Source of the DNA: the human T2T-CHM13v2.0 reference genome, Homo sapiens
Strand: one strand, 5' to 3'
NCBI RefSeq assembly: GCF_009914755.1
Contig: NC_060925.1
DNA: 64,000 bases
Of the stretch, positions 13,437-32,234 are shown in pieces. The notes beneath the pieces are model-generated. The model had not been told where the DNA came from. It searched no databases and saw nothing but the letters and a program-made list of their open reading frames with translations. The position numbers and the translations under genes are program-made. Position 1 is the stretch's first letter; each line of letters begins with the position of its first letter.

Positions 13437-13557
13437 AAAATATAGACTATATTTTAGTCTATACAGACTATATAGACTATAGTGTACTATACAGAATGAC
13501 TGACTATATAGGCTACTAACCTCTAGACTATATAGACTACTAACCTCTAGAACTATA
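13437..13557. repeat. Short tatagacta-based direct/inverted repeat cluster
   Basis: Multiple tatagacta copies in both orientations plus a 24-bp tandem duplication. Confidence 0.75.
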
Positions 13558-14945
13558 CGTCAGTTTTGGCATAAGTAAAACATAATAAATATCCTTGTAA
13601 AAAAAAGAGTCAAAATGCCAACATGTTGGTAACAACATAGCATTACATTAGAGCTACTTAAATATCTTCAAAGACATCTACACAGCCACTAGTCATGGCT
13701 TTATTAAAGGTATCATATAATGCATTTCCCCTGCTATATCTATGAATCAAAGTGTACATTTATCAATACAGCTCTTCCTTACACACCCTAGCTGGAAATC
13801 ATTTAAATCCTTTCAACAATACACATTCTCTTTAAATGCAGAATTGTGTGTGTGAGGGAAAGAGGCAACAAAATAGTGTCAGGTGTCCCTACTGAAAGAA
13901 TAGTCTGTTAAGGAATAAAAGGGATAAAACTTCGGGTCAGCTTTAAAGGAAAGATGAAATTTGGATAGTTCCTGAAGGGTTAGGAGCTACGAAAAAAAAA
14001 AAAAAATTGAATGGTCAACAAGAAATAGAGGAAAACATCCAAGGGAGATCTATAATAGCAAAAAACTTAGAGGTAGAAATACATACGGCATGTCTGAGAA
14101 TATAGGCTAACTAGCTGGATTACGAAGCTATACATACTCCAGGAGTTATGGAAACTCATTCATGATGAAGAGGAGGGGTTAAATGCTAGAACTTTCAACA
14201 TTAAGCTAAAGAGGAAAGCCCAAATCCAGTAACAGAGGCCTTTAAAGAACAATTCCATTATTCAGTTTCCTGTAACTAAAGCAGATGTATGTACACAAAG
14301 ATTAATCTCAGAAAACCTTGGAATCTGAAGAATTATATTTACCACATAGATAAATTTTAAACTTGGCTTTTTAAGATATAGAGCAAGTATGTGTTTGAGA
14401 GAAACTGAGTACATGCACAAGAGATGAAGTATTTAGATGAGCATAATATAAAAATATAAAATATTAAAAAATAACTAAAGCATCAAATTAAATCAAATCC
14501 AAAAACATCTTATTAAAAGATAAAAAAATGAGTACCTGGCAGGTATAAGTAGGAAACAGAAATTTTGTACATGAACACTTTAATTAATATTTTACTTAAA
14601 GATAGAGAAGTATAACTAGAAATTTTAAGAAATTATATTATCATTAAATAGCAAATTTTTAAAAAACTGACAGTATGAACAGGAATTTTAACTGTCATAT
14701 TATTTTTTCTTTTCCAAGTACACACTGATTTATGTCAGCTGATTTTTGAAACTAGCAAGAAGAATTGCCAAGGCATCATATTTACAGGTGTGCTAAACCA
14801 CTGACTTTGCTACAATGATATTTTGTTTAAACTTCCAGTAATAGAAATTAAATCAAGCTAAATTGTAGGTTAGTAAGCTTTAAAAAATATCAGTACACAG
14901 TGCATCTGATTGATATGAACAATCCTAAAAATGGAGCAATTTACA

Positions 14946-15236
<291 letters not shown>

Positions 15237-16514
15237 TAAATTTTTATTTTCTTTTAAATATCCAAGTCGTTAAGCAGCATATGCTACTTCTTTCAGAATT
15301 AGCATGAAGCCTCTAAATTGGTTTTCCCGCTGTGAGCTGAATCCCTATTTCATTTAGTTTATTTTCTAAAACATATATTTATACTGCCAATTTACATAAG
15401 TAGTACTAGATATCAAAAAACAGTACATATTAGCCACATTTCCAAATTGCATTCAACCATGGGCACCAGCGTGTTCTGCTAGATGATTAACACAGCACAT
15501 TTTTACTGGGTCCTAAAGCCTCTGAACTGTTGTCTACCATAGATTTTATAAAACAGATGTTTCTTTCATGCAATAAAGTAATTCTAGAACTAGATTATAG
15601 GAAAAGTGATACAACAGGTAGAGCAAGATCCAATGTAAAAATAAGCAGAAGGTAAAATTGCCATCAAGAAAAACTGTGAACCTCAAAAGGTTTCAATTTG
15701 ATCAGGTAAACCAATGTGAGTTTAGTGAACTGAAAATTTCATGTTTCTAAAAACTGAGATTTTCCTCGGAAAGGTAAAAAAAAAAAATTCTTTCATAACT
15801 ATTTAATTATAGTTTAGCAGTGTTTTATCACCCCAAGTTTTCTCCTGAGAATCAGAACCGATAAAAACTTTCAAATAGGTTAGGCTATATAATGAGCTTT
15901 CCTTATATAGAATGGCACAACCAAATATAAACAGGAAAGAAAAAAAGATTTGTATGACATGCTTAGAAAAAAAATGCAAAGAAAAGATTCATGAAAAGTA
16001 TTTCTCAAAAAAAGCCACAATAGGTAGAAATCATGTAATTTTACTAGTTAGATATCAAAACTAACCCTTTCTTATTCCTTGGGTGTCTGGGTTGTCCCGC
16101 TCTTTCCTCAAACCTTATGTTTGCCAGACAAGAAAAAGTAATATCAGTAAGAGTCAGAAGTCTTAACAGCAAAGACGTTCAAATATCCAAACAATAGAGA
16201 AAGAACAGACCTAAAAGTAAGCTTGCTAATAACTCAATCAGTCAAGTATTCATTAGGCAATTACTATATGTCACAGACAAAATTAATAAGAAACACAATT
16301 CCCTTCCTCTAGAACTGAGAATCTATTTGAAAACAAAGCAGAAATGTATTTAGAGTAAAGCACTACTATGTGATTACAGCCAAAGCTCAATATGATATTA
16401 TTTATAAGTGGTAGGAAGAAAAAAGCCAGTACAGAGAAGAAAAGCATACTAGGTAGGGAAAATGTGATAAGTAATCTTAAAATGTGGTTTACCGCTATGA
16501 CAATTCCTCATGAA

Positions 16515-16720
16515 CTGACAGGCCTGGGTTCAAAACTTTACCCCTTAACAGCTATGTGAGCTTGGACAGTTTACTTAACTTCATTAGCCCTCAGTTTCTC
16601 ATCTATATAATAAAACTAACATTTACCTATTTACTTTTGGGGACTGCTGTGAGGATTAAGTGAAATAATGTAAGTGTATCACTGGATATGATGCCTAACA
16701 CAAAATAAACCCTCAATTAA
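16515..16720 (+). mobile_element. MIR
   Basis: Core cttggacagtttacttaacttc...cctcagtttctcatctat...tgtgaggattaagtga. Confidence 0.8.
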
Positions 16721-17834
16721 AGAAGAGACAATAGAAGATGGAATGGTTGTCAGGTTAAAAAACAGAGAAATTGAAAAATTTTGTAAATAATGGGCTGTAG
16801 CAAAGAAGCAGAAATTGATATGATGAGCTATTCTTTCACAGTAACTTATCTTTTGTTGTAGCAAGCATCTGTGCAAATATAAACCAGTGTCTGATAGCCA
16901 CTGATGAAGGGCAGTGCTCAATGCTTGGCTGCTTTCGGATGAGGACAGAGACTCATTATTATCAATGGTTAGTCTATTCATTCATAAAACTGCAGGTGTT
17001 CATAACACTGTATAAAGTAGAAAAGCAGTGCACATTTGAGGACCTCTACAGCCACATCCTGAGCAGAGTAGTGGAACTGCTACATGAAATTTTAGGGCAA
17101 ACATTAAGATATGTTCCTTCAAAAGTGAAAATTGGAGGAAATTTCTCAAAGTACCTCAATGGATCTTAAAATGAGGCAGATTATGTGCAGTACAATTTTC
17201 CTTAGTTTTGACTCTTCAGTGTATATGACTGTACTATAAGCTTCTATTAGTACAAAATTATCTTCGAGGACTAAAAATTCCATGACAATATAGAAACACA
17301 TATGCGGATTTGTTTCACTCTTGTAGGTTGAAACATGTAGTTAAAGACAAATATAAGCACTCTGAATAGAGTCTTTCTTCAGCAAAACAGCAATGTCAGC
17401 ACAGGCAGCAAACTACAGCAGAAATTGAGTGCAAAGTTCAAAAATCATTTCCTAAGAGTATCAAGTACTTAAAACGTAGTATGGCTAGGTTAATGTTTAC
17501 TTTCACTTTATTTCACTTAACATTGGGTTATCAAGTATATGTCAGATATCTTTCCCTGGATCTGCTACAGATTATTGGAAATTTTAATTTATTGAAGGAG
17601 TTTCATATCTAGAGACCGTGTGTAAAATAAGTGGCAGAGCATCTTCTCCTGCCATCATCTACACTATAAAGTTGTCAAAATAATTTTTAATAGTATGTAT
17701 ACAAATGTTTCAAACTTATGAAGATCTATTAAAAATCTGTACTACTATTTATAATTGACTGCTATTCATTGAATTTTAACAAAAAATTAGGACAAAATAG
17801 ATCCTTCAGAAATACTTCATATATCATGGAAGCT

Positions 17835-17985
17835 TGAGTATAATCTAGGGTACAAACCCTTCATTTTATATGAGGAATTCAGAAGTTAGAGAGAAGTAAC
17901 TTAGCCAAGGCCATACTCAATAAATTACTAAGAGGTCTGAAAAGCCAGGGCTCTTCATTCAATTAATGCAGTGTGTTTACCACTA
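17835..17985 (-). mobile_element. MIR fragment
   Basis: cattttatatgaggaa...aagtaacttagccaaggccata is a reverse MIR core. Confidence 0.6.
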
Positions 17986-18679
17986 TAGCTAACATTTTGA
18001 TTAGTCAAAATTACACAAGCCATATAGATTTTTATTCTCCCCTGACCCAAATTCTTCTATAGTGAAAACAGAAAGTGAGACGTGGGTCAATTCTGGGGCC
18101 CAGATTAGAATTTATAATGTTCATGTAGCACACTTCCACGGAAAAAGACAGCCCTTTGGTAAAAGATTCTAACTCACTGTCACTAGTTCTTCCTTATGTA
18201 CTTACCTTTCTGGGTATAAATGGAAAATACTCATCTCAAGGGAGGAATCTCAGCTGTAATGACATTCATCTTCTCTTAACTCTAAGCGCAGGACAATGTG
18301 AAAAATGGTAACAGTCAGAGGGAGATAACCTTGGGACAGACCTACAGGGTTCCTGTCAAGTAAAACAGTAGGCTGAGACATTTCCTAAAAGTATTAGTAC
18401 ATGTAACTTTGTTTTCAGAATTTTGACATATATAATCTAACCTGCAGTTACCCCAAAATAAGTGGAGCCAAGTGTAGAGTACTTAAAACATAGAGTTTGG
18501 AATACCTCTTTTGCAGACAGCAGCCCACATAACAAAAATAATGTGCCAGGTCTGGGAAAGTGACTAATAATCAGAACTCCTAGGACTGGGCTCTATTTTC
18601 CTATAGAATAGCTGTTATCAGTGTGTTTAGATCTACAAAATAGCTAAAATATTTGCAATCACCGTTTTTTTAGGAAGTT

Positions 18680-19031
18680 ACTTTGAGCATCCCTAATCCA
18701 AAAATCCAAAATCCAAAGTGCTCCAAAATCCTAAATCTTTTGAGTGCCAACATGATGTTCAAAAGGAAATGCTCGATGGAACATTTTGGATGATGTTTGA
18801 AAGGAAATGCTCGATGGAACATTTTGGATGATGTTTGAAAGGAAATGCTCGATGGAACATTTTGGATGATGTTTGAAAGGAAATCCTCGATTGAACATTT
18901 TGGATTTTAGATTTTTGGATTAGCGATACTAATATTCAACAGTATAATGTAAATATACCAAAATCTGAAAAAATCCAAAATCTGGACATTCTTTTGGTCC
19001 CAAGCATTTCGGATAAGGAATACTTGACCTG
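18680..19031. mobile_element. Tigger4/Zombi (MER46-type) non-autonomous DNA transposon
   Basis: ttgagcatccctaatccaaaaatccaaaatccaaa...cccaagcatttcggataaggaatacttgacctg termini. Confidence 0.85.
18752..18903. repeat. 38-bp minisatellite, 4 copies
   Basis: Unit atgatgtttgaaaggaaatgctcgatggaacattttgg starts at 18752, 18790, 18828 and 18866. Confidence 0.95.
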
Positions 19032-20439
19032 TGTAATACACACAGATCAGAGATCATGTGTCTTATTGATTTTTTAGCACAATTCTCAAAGTTAGAGACT
19101 ACATCTTGTTATATTTTTTAAGCCCCCACTCTTTATCTAGCAAAAATCTGGATGCACTGTAAGCACTCAGTGCTCACTGAATGTGTTTTTTTATTAGATT
19201 TTTTTTAAGTTCATCACAATTCCAGATTGTAGTGCCTAACTCAGATTCCTTTACATTTCCCTAGCAAAAATGTGCACAAAAACACTGGAGAAGAGGTCCA
19301 AGTGATATGTGCAGGAAATATAAAATACAGACATATCCGAGGTTACAACTCAATTAATGCAAACTGTTCTGTAAACCCTAGAAAATGCAGATCAGTGATA
19401 GTCATAATTTATAAACACAAACTATAACACACAGGCAAAATATAGAGGACATCACATAAAGTTCCATGATGCTACTGAAAAGTTTAAACTAGTGATGGAT
19501 TATTCAAAATATTTGTTTCATTTTTAAAAACAACAAAGTGAATGCTGCATGAAAACAGGATAAATGATAAAATGTAAACAGCAAGATAGTTACAAAGCAC
19601 AATAAATCTTTACTGTGAATAAAAGTGAATTATTTGTGAAGAAAAGCCAGCTAGGAGATAGACATATCTCAAAAGAAAGCCAAAATTTAAGGTTCTGAAA
19701 GATAGCCTGATGTTTTTGCTTGGGCCTGATACAGTGTATGATTGCATTTCTGCACAAATATAACACCAGTGTTTTAACCCCAAGTGTTGTTAGAATATTC
19801 TCCAAAATAAAATAACTCAGAAATAGTGGAAGAGTACCTTACCATTCAATTATTCAACATTATCTGGGAAAATTCTCCTTTTACAATATTCTGCATAGGC
19901 TGTACTGATAAAAATATTCACTACCAGTAAGTGTTTTAACCTTCAAAATTAGTGGACACGAACCAATAGGAAGCAGATAAGGAAAGAACATATATCCATC
20001 CCCAAAACTGGTAATTCCTCCATTAAAGACTTGTACTCCCAGCCCACCATCACCCTTTCCTCTATTCCATATCCCTCTTACAAGTATCATGCAAGAGGGG
20101 CTTGGAGGAATTTTTAACCACCCCAATAACTTCCATCAGCCTCTCTAATAGACACTCCCAAAATATACAACTAAATAAAGCAAAGCACTTATTATTGCAA
20201 AAGAAGACTCAAGACAAGAAACTTGGGAGCATCGTTTCGATTAAGCCACTGCTCTTTCTCCCTTCCTCTACATGGCAATCATGGAGCTGTCACCTATATC
20301 ATGCTTTGTTGGAGTATAGCAACAATGGTTAAAAGCATGAATTTAGAGTCAAGCTATACAAATATTTGTAAATTTTGACAAGTACCAAAACACAAAAAAG
20401 ATAAGGAAGCATTGGTTTAATGAAATGGAAATATCAAAA

Positions 20440-20980
20440 ATATACATAGTTGGTAGAATTTTAAATTAGTAAAACCAATCTGGAAGTCCATTTGGTTAAA
20501 AGTATTCAAAACTCCAAAAATATGCATGTAATTTGCCTCAGAAATTCAATTATGAATTGAATTTATTCAATTTCTTCTGAAAAAAATAGGTTAAATATGT
20601 AACATGTATATGCAGGAATGTTCTCTACAGTAATGTTCATAATAGCAAAATGCTGCAAAAATCTTAAATACCCAACAGCATAGGACTAGTTGGTTAATTA
20701 TGTTACAGTGACACTATGAAATACTATGCAAACATTAAAAAGAATGATGAACAGCCACAATTAAGTGAAAAATGCAGATTACAGAACAGAAGGTATAAAA
20801 CAATCTCAGTTGTCTATTTTTTAAATTTAATCACATAATTATAGAAGATAATCTGGAATAATATACCTTAAAAATGTGAAACAATTATTATCTGAGTGAT
20901 GGGATTAAAGGTAATTAATATTTTCTTTGTAAATTTTTCATCTCATTTCATTACATTAAGCATCATTACTTTTAATCTGA
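20440..20980 (+). mobile_element. Ancient L1ME-like 3' fragment
   Basis: Degenerate ggaatgttc...aatagcaaaa...tatgaaatactatgca motifs. Confidence 0.55.
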
Positions 20981-21792
20981 AAAGAAAAGCTTTTCATATT
21001 TTGAGTTTAAAAAAGTATTAAGTCTACATAAAGCACACAGACACCAAGAGTTAATTATGTAAGTCCACATAACATATGTGTGCATATACCTACATATCTA
21101 AACTCACTTCTATAAGTACACATCTTAAGTTTTGACTTTTGAAAATTAGCACTTCTTCAAAATTATAATTTAAACTTTTTTTTTTAGCATTTCTAAGGCA
21201 TTAAGAGACATCTGTGTCATCCTGACACAACCAATACTGCTCCAATGCCATTATACAATCCATTTTTGGTTTGCTTTGTAATAGGTGAATGTTTAGTGCT
21301 ATGCTGTGCCTCGCCTTTTGATTACTGCCAAAAAAGAAAAAACTAAGCCACCTCTATAATATACTGCCTGAAGTTTCTAAGGAAAACCATAGCAGAATGC
21401 AACTACTTTAACAGCTTTAGAAAAGATTAATTATCAGTGAAGGCCCCAGAAGTGAGGGGGAAACATCAAATATGTTATTCAGACAGACAACTCTGACTCT
21501 TCTCTCCTTCCGAGCATCTCCACCAAAAAATTACGTGGGAAGATGAACCATAACACACAGTAAAATAAGAGAAAAACTTTAAAAGTCAATTAAATTATCT
21601 AAGTATTCATAATAACTTAATACTGAGCTAAATATAAACTTCATATTAAAGATATGGCATTTAGACTTTATTAACTCAGCTTAGAGTTATAGATGAGCTA
21701 TGGTATGCTGAACCCATCTATAAAAAATAATTAAAGACATTCAAGAATTCATAAAATTTGATTACTCATCAGAGAAAGAAAAAAGTACTTAC

Positions 21793-21861
21793 CACTAAGT
21801 CCCAATTATTTTGTTCAAGCAATGTAATAGCTTCGTCAATGTTTTCAATGCCAGTACATGC
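21793..21861 (-). CDS. FAF1: FAF1 (Fas-associated factor 1 / UBXN3A) internal coding exon (exon 2), part of the N-terminal UBA domain
   Basis: Minus strand reads tttactttctttccag|GCATGTACTGGC...GACTTAGTG|gtaagt: canonical acceptor and donor, 69 nt, phase 0-0. It translates to ACTGIENIDEAITLLEQNNWDLV, which I recognise as FAF1 residues following MASNMDREMILADFQ. Confidence 0.96.
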
Positions 21862-22290
21862 CTGGAAAGAAAGTAAATAAGCATTTTACATATAATTTTA
21901 GAAATAGGGAGGTAAATCAGACTTAAAAATGTAAATAGCATAATATGTAATTTAAATTCAAATAGGTATATGAATAAAGCCAAAACACTAAAAGTTTAAC
22001 ACTTCTAAGCATTTTACATATATGGTGTGAACATTGTTAATTACAAAGTAAATTTACATTGCTCTGAAAAAAAGACAATAAAGCAGGAAAAGAAAGTATA
22101 TTTAAATTTTGAGCTTTGATACCCAGGATGATCTCTAATTACCAAGAACAACTTTTAGTCAAAGATTCTCATGGGCAACCACATGTAAAACAAATGAATT
22201 TCAACCCATACCATGCACTTTATATAAAAACTAACTCAAAATATATAACAGACCTAGACCTAAACTAAAATCGAAAACTATAAAACTAGA

Positions 22291-22610
22291 TCTGTGCTGT
22301 CTGATAGCCACTACCAGCCGCTCTCTGGTAGCTGCTAGACACATGTGGCTAGTGAGTCCTTGAAATGTGGCTCAACTGAGTTAAGATGTGCTATAAGTAC
22401 GAAATACACACCAGGTAAGACTTAGCACCAAAATTAAAAATGTAAGCTATCTCATTAATAATTTTTCCTCTGAATACATGTTGAAATGGAAATTTTTGAC
22501 ATACTAGCTTAAATAAAACATGTTAAAATTAATTTCACACATTTCTTTTTACCCCTTTAACATAAATACTAAGAAAAAATTAACTACATATATGAAATTA
22601 TATTTCTGGT
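22291..22610. mobile_element. MER33 (hAT-Charlie)
   Basis: ctgtgctgtc...tagacacatgtggcta...tgaaatgtggct...aaaattaatttcac. Confidence 0.75.
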
Positions 22611-22764
22611 GTTGTTCTTGAAAAAAATATATGAGGACATACTTGTGACCAAACTAAGCAAATATTAACTAGCAGGATGCCATTTTTAAGCTGGGCACAT
22701 TAATAAAGTCAGCCATTCTCTGGTGACCCAGCTCATGGCAGTGTAGGCATTTTATTCTCAGGCC

Positions 22765-25095
22765 ACCAAACCAAATCCAACAGCACATCAAAAAGTAAAT
22801 TAACCACAATTAAGTATACTTCATTCTTGGGATACAAGGTTGGTTGGGCATATGATTCACCACACAAACAGAATTAAAAGCAAAAACCACACAATCATCT
22901 CAATAGATGCGGAAAAAGTTTTCAATAAAACCCAACATCCCTTTACAAGGAAAACCCTCAAGAAAGTAGGCATCAAAGGAATATATCACAAAATAATAAG
23001 AGCCTAACTCACACCTAATATACTGAATGGCCAAAAACTGGAAGCATTCCTCTTGAGAACTGAAACAAGGCAAGGATGTCCACTCTCACCACTTATATTC
23101 AACATAGTACTGGAAGTGTTGGCCAGAGCAATCAACCAAGAGAAAGAAATAAAAGGCATCTAAATAGGAAAAGAAGAAGTCAAACTATCTCACTTCATAA
23201 ATAATATGATTCTGTATCTAGAAAACCCTAAAGACTGCAAAAAGGATCCTGGAACCGATAACTTCAGTAAAGTTTCAAGACACAAAAATCGATGTACAAA
23301 AATCAGTAGCATTTCTACACACCAATAACACTCCAGCTGAAAGCCAAATCAAGAATATAATCCCATTTACAATAGCCACAAAGAAAATGAAATACCTAGG
23401 AATGTGGTTAACCAAGGAGATGAAAGATCTCTACAAGGAGAACTACAAAACACTGCTGAAAGAAATCAGAGACCACACAAATAAAAAACATTCCATGCTC
23501 ACAGGTTGGAAGAATCAATATCATTAAAATGGCCACACTGCCCAATGCAATCCAGAGATTCAATGCTATTCCTATCAAACTACCAATGTTATTTGTCACA
23601 AACTAGAAAAAACTAAAATTCATATGGAATCAAAAAAGAGCCCAAATAGCCAAAGTAATCCTAAGCAAAAAGAACAAAGCTGGAGGCATCACATTATCCA
23701 ACTTCAAACTATACTGTAAGGATACAATAATCAAAACAGCATGGAATCGATACAAAAACAGACATAAACACTCATGGAACAGAATAGAGAACCCAGAAAT
23801 AAAGCTGCTTGCACAACTACAGCCATTTGATCTTCAACAAAGCCTACAAAAATAAGCAATAGGGAAAGGACTGCCTATTGAATAAACAAACAGTGCTGGG
23901 ATAGCTGGCTACCCATGTACAGAAGAATGACACTAGACCCCTACTTTTCACCATACACAAAAATTAACTCAGGATGGATTAAAGATTTAAATGTAAGACC
24001 TCAAACTATAAGAATCTAGAAGAAAACCTAAGAAATGCCATTCTGGACATCAATCTTGGCAAAGAATTTACTACTAAGTTATCAAAATCAACTGCAACCA
24101 AAACCAAAATTGACAAGTTAGACCTAATTATACTAAAGAGCTTCTGCACAGCAAAAGAAACTATCAACAGGGTAAACATACAACCTACAGAATAGGATAA
24201 AATATTCACAAACTACACATGTGACAAGATCTAATATCCAGAATCTATAAGCAACTTAAATCAACAAGCAAAAGACAAGTAACCCCATTAAAAAATGGGC
24301 AAAGGACATGAACAGACACTTCTCAAAAGAAGACGTACACATGGCCAACAAACATGAAAAAATGTTCCACATCACCAATCACAGAGAAATGCAAATCAAA
24401 ACTACAATGACATACCATCTCACACCAGTCAAAGTGACTATTATTAAAATATATTTTTTAAAAAACAGATGCTAGTGAGGCCGCAGATACAAAGGGAATA
24501 TTTATACACTGTTGGTGGAAATACAACTTAGTTCAGCTACTACAAAAGCAGTTTGTAGATTTCTCAACTTAAAACAGCATTTAACTCAGAAATCCCTATG
24601 TATATATTAAAAAAAAATTCATTGTACCAAAAAGACAAATTCACTCACACGTTAATCGCAGCACTATTCACAATAGCAAAGACATGGAATCAACCCATGT
24701 GCCCATCAACAATGGACTGGATAAAGAAAATGTGGCATGTATACACTGTGGAATACTATGCAGCCATCAAGAGAACTACGTCATGTCCTTTGCAGCAACA
24801 TGGGTTAAGCTGGAAGCCATAATCCTAAGCGAATTAATGCAGAAAGAAAAAACAATACACCACATTTTCTCACTTATAAGTGAGAGCTAAACATCAGGTA
24901 CTCATGGACAGAAAGAAGGCAACAATAAAACTGCACTACTAGAATGGGGAGAGAGGCAAGGGTTGACTATTCAGTACTATGTTGAGTACCTGAGTGACAA
25001 GATCATTTCATACCTCAAGCATCACACAATATATCTAGGTAATAAACTTCTATCTGTACTCCCTGAATCTAAAACAACAGTTGAAAAACAAAACA
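22765..25095 (+). mobile_element. 5'-truncated L1 (L1PA15/16 or L1PB-age)
   Basis: Continuous degenerate ORF2 from the RT domain to the C-terminus; 3'UTR ends ccctgaatctaaaacaacagttgaaaaa. Confidence 0.88.
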
Positions 25096-25125
25096 CTAGT
25101 AGACCACATATTAAAAACAAGAGAC

Positions 25126-25883
25126 TGCTATGGATTGAATATCTGTATCCTCCTATGGTGACATCCTAAAATCCACTATGATGGTATTTGGAGATGAGGT
25201 CTTTGAGAGGTAACTAGGACTAGATGAGGTTATGAAGGTAGAATCTTCATGATAGGATTAGTGCCCTTACATGGATGAATCTGGAGGCCATTATCCTTAG
25301 TGAAATGACCCCGAAACAGAAAGTCAAAAACCGTATGTTCTTACTTGTGAGAGTTAAACAATGGAGACACATAAACATACAGAGTAGAATGACAGACACT
25401 GGAGACTCCAAAATGTGGCAGGGTAGGAGGTAGTAAGGGACAAAAATGCTACTTATTGGGTACAGTGTACACTATTCAGGTGATAGGTACACTAAAAGCC
25501 CAAACTTTACCACTATACAATATATCCATGTAACATAACTGCACTTGTATTCCTAAGTCCATAAAAATAAAAAGTTATTTAAAAAAAAGATTAATGCCCT
25601 TGTAAGAAGAGATACCAAAGAATTTGTTTCAAGCTTGAAAGACTAGAAAGGAAAACTAAATAATTAAAAAAAAAATTTCTGTCTCCCTCACCACCCCATC
25701 AGGTGAGAACACAGCAAGACAGCAGCCATCTGCAAGTGAGAAAGAGAGCCCTCACCAGAAACTGACTACTCTGGTACCCTGATGACACACAATCAGCTTT
25801 CAGAACTACAAGGAGATAAATGTCATTTGTTGAAGCCAACCAGACTATTGTATTTTGTTATGATGGACAAATAGACTAAGACA
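25126..25883 (+). mobile_element. MaLR LTR (MLT1A-like) split by an L1 insertion
   Basis: TG...CA ends (tgctatggattgaat...gactaagaca); gccatctgcaag...gagccctcaccagaa core. Confidence 0.8.
25269..25588 (+). mobile_element. Short L1 3' end (L1MA/L1PB-age) nested in the MLT1 LTR
   Basis: TSD gatta(g/a)tgccctt at 25256-25268 and 25589-25601; A tail. Confidence 0.85.
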
Positions 25884-26394
25884 GGAACCACTTATGACAA
25901 AGAAAACAAAGTTACAAAAATAGTTTAGAAGTCATTAAACAAACAACTGCAACCCACAGAAAGCAACGAAAAAAAAAAACACATGGGAATGAGGACCAAT
26001 CTAACTTCCAGAGATATCATACTGTATGTTTTAAATGTCTATTTAAATACATGTAAAGTATGCAGAGAACCAACAAAGTATGTGGCCCATTCAAGAGAGA
26101 AATTAACAGAAGCTGTACAGAGGAAAAACAGACATCCAACTCAGTAGACAAAGTCTATCAATCATCATCTTAAACATACTTATAGAGCTAAAATACCATG
26201 AACAAAAAGCTAAAAGAAATCAGAGGAATAAAGTGTCAAAAATAGAGAACGCTGGATAGAGAGCAAAATGATGGTAACGAGCAACTGGCAAGGGCAGTGG
26301 GCAGAGGAGAATAAAGATGGGATAGTTAATGGGTACAAAAACACAGTCAGATAGAGGAATAAGATCTCGTATTTGTTAGCACAATAGAGTAACT

Positions 26395-32228
<5,834 letters not shown>

Positions 32229-32234
32229 AAGTAC

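Noticed and set aside
19843-19904. Second possible cryptic exon (tttttatcag|TACAG...GAATG|gtaagg)
   Set aside because: Short weak pyrimidine tract, several competing AGs, stops in all frames and no other support.
20543-20580. Overlapping aattcaatt/aattgaatt palindromes
   Set aside because: Short, AT-only and inside a decayed L1; compatible with chance or local slippage.
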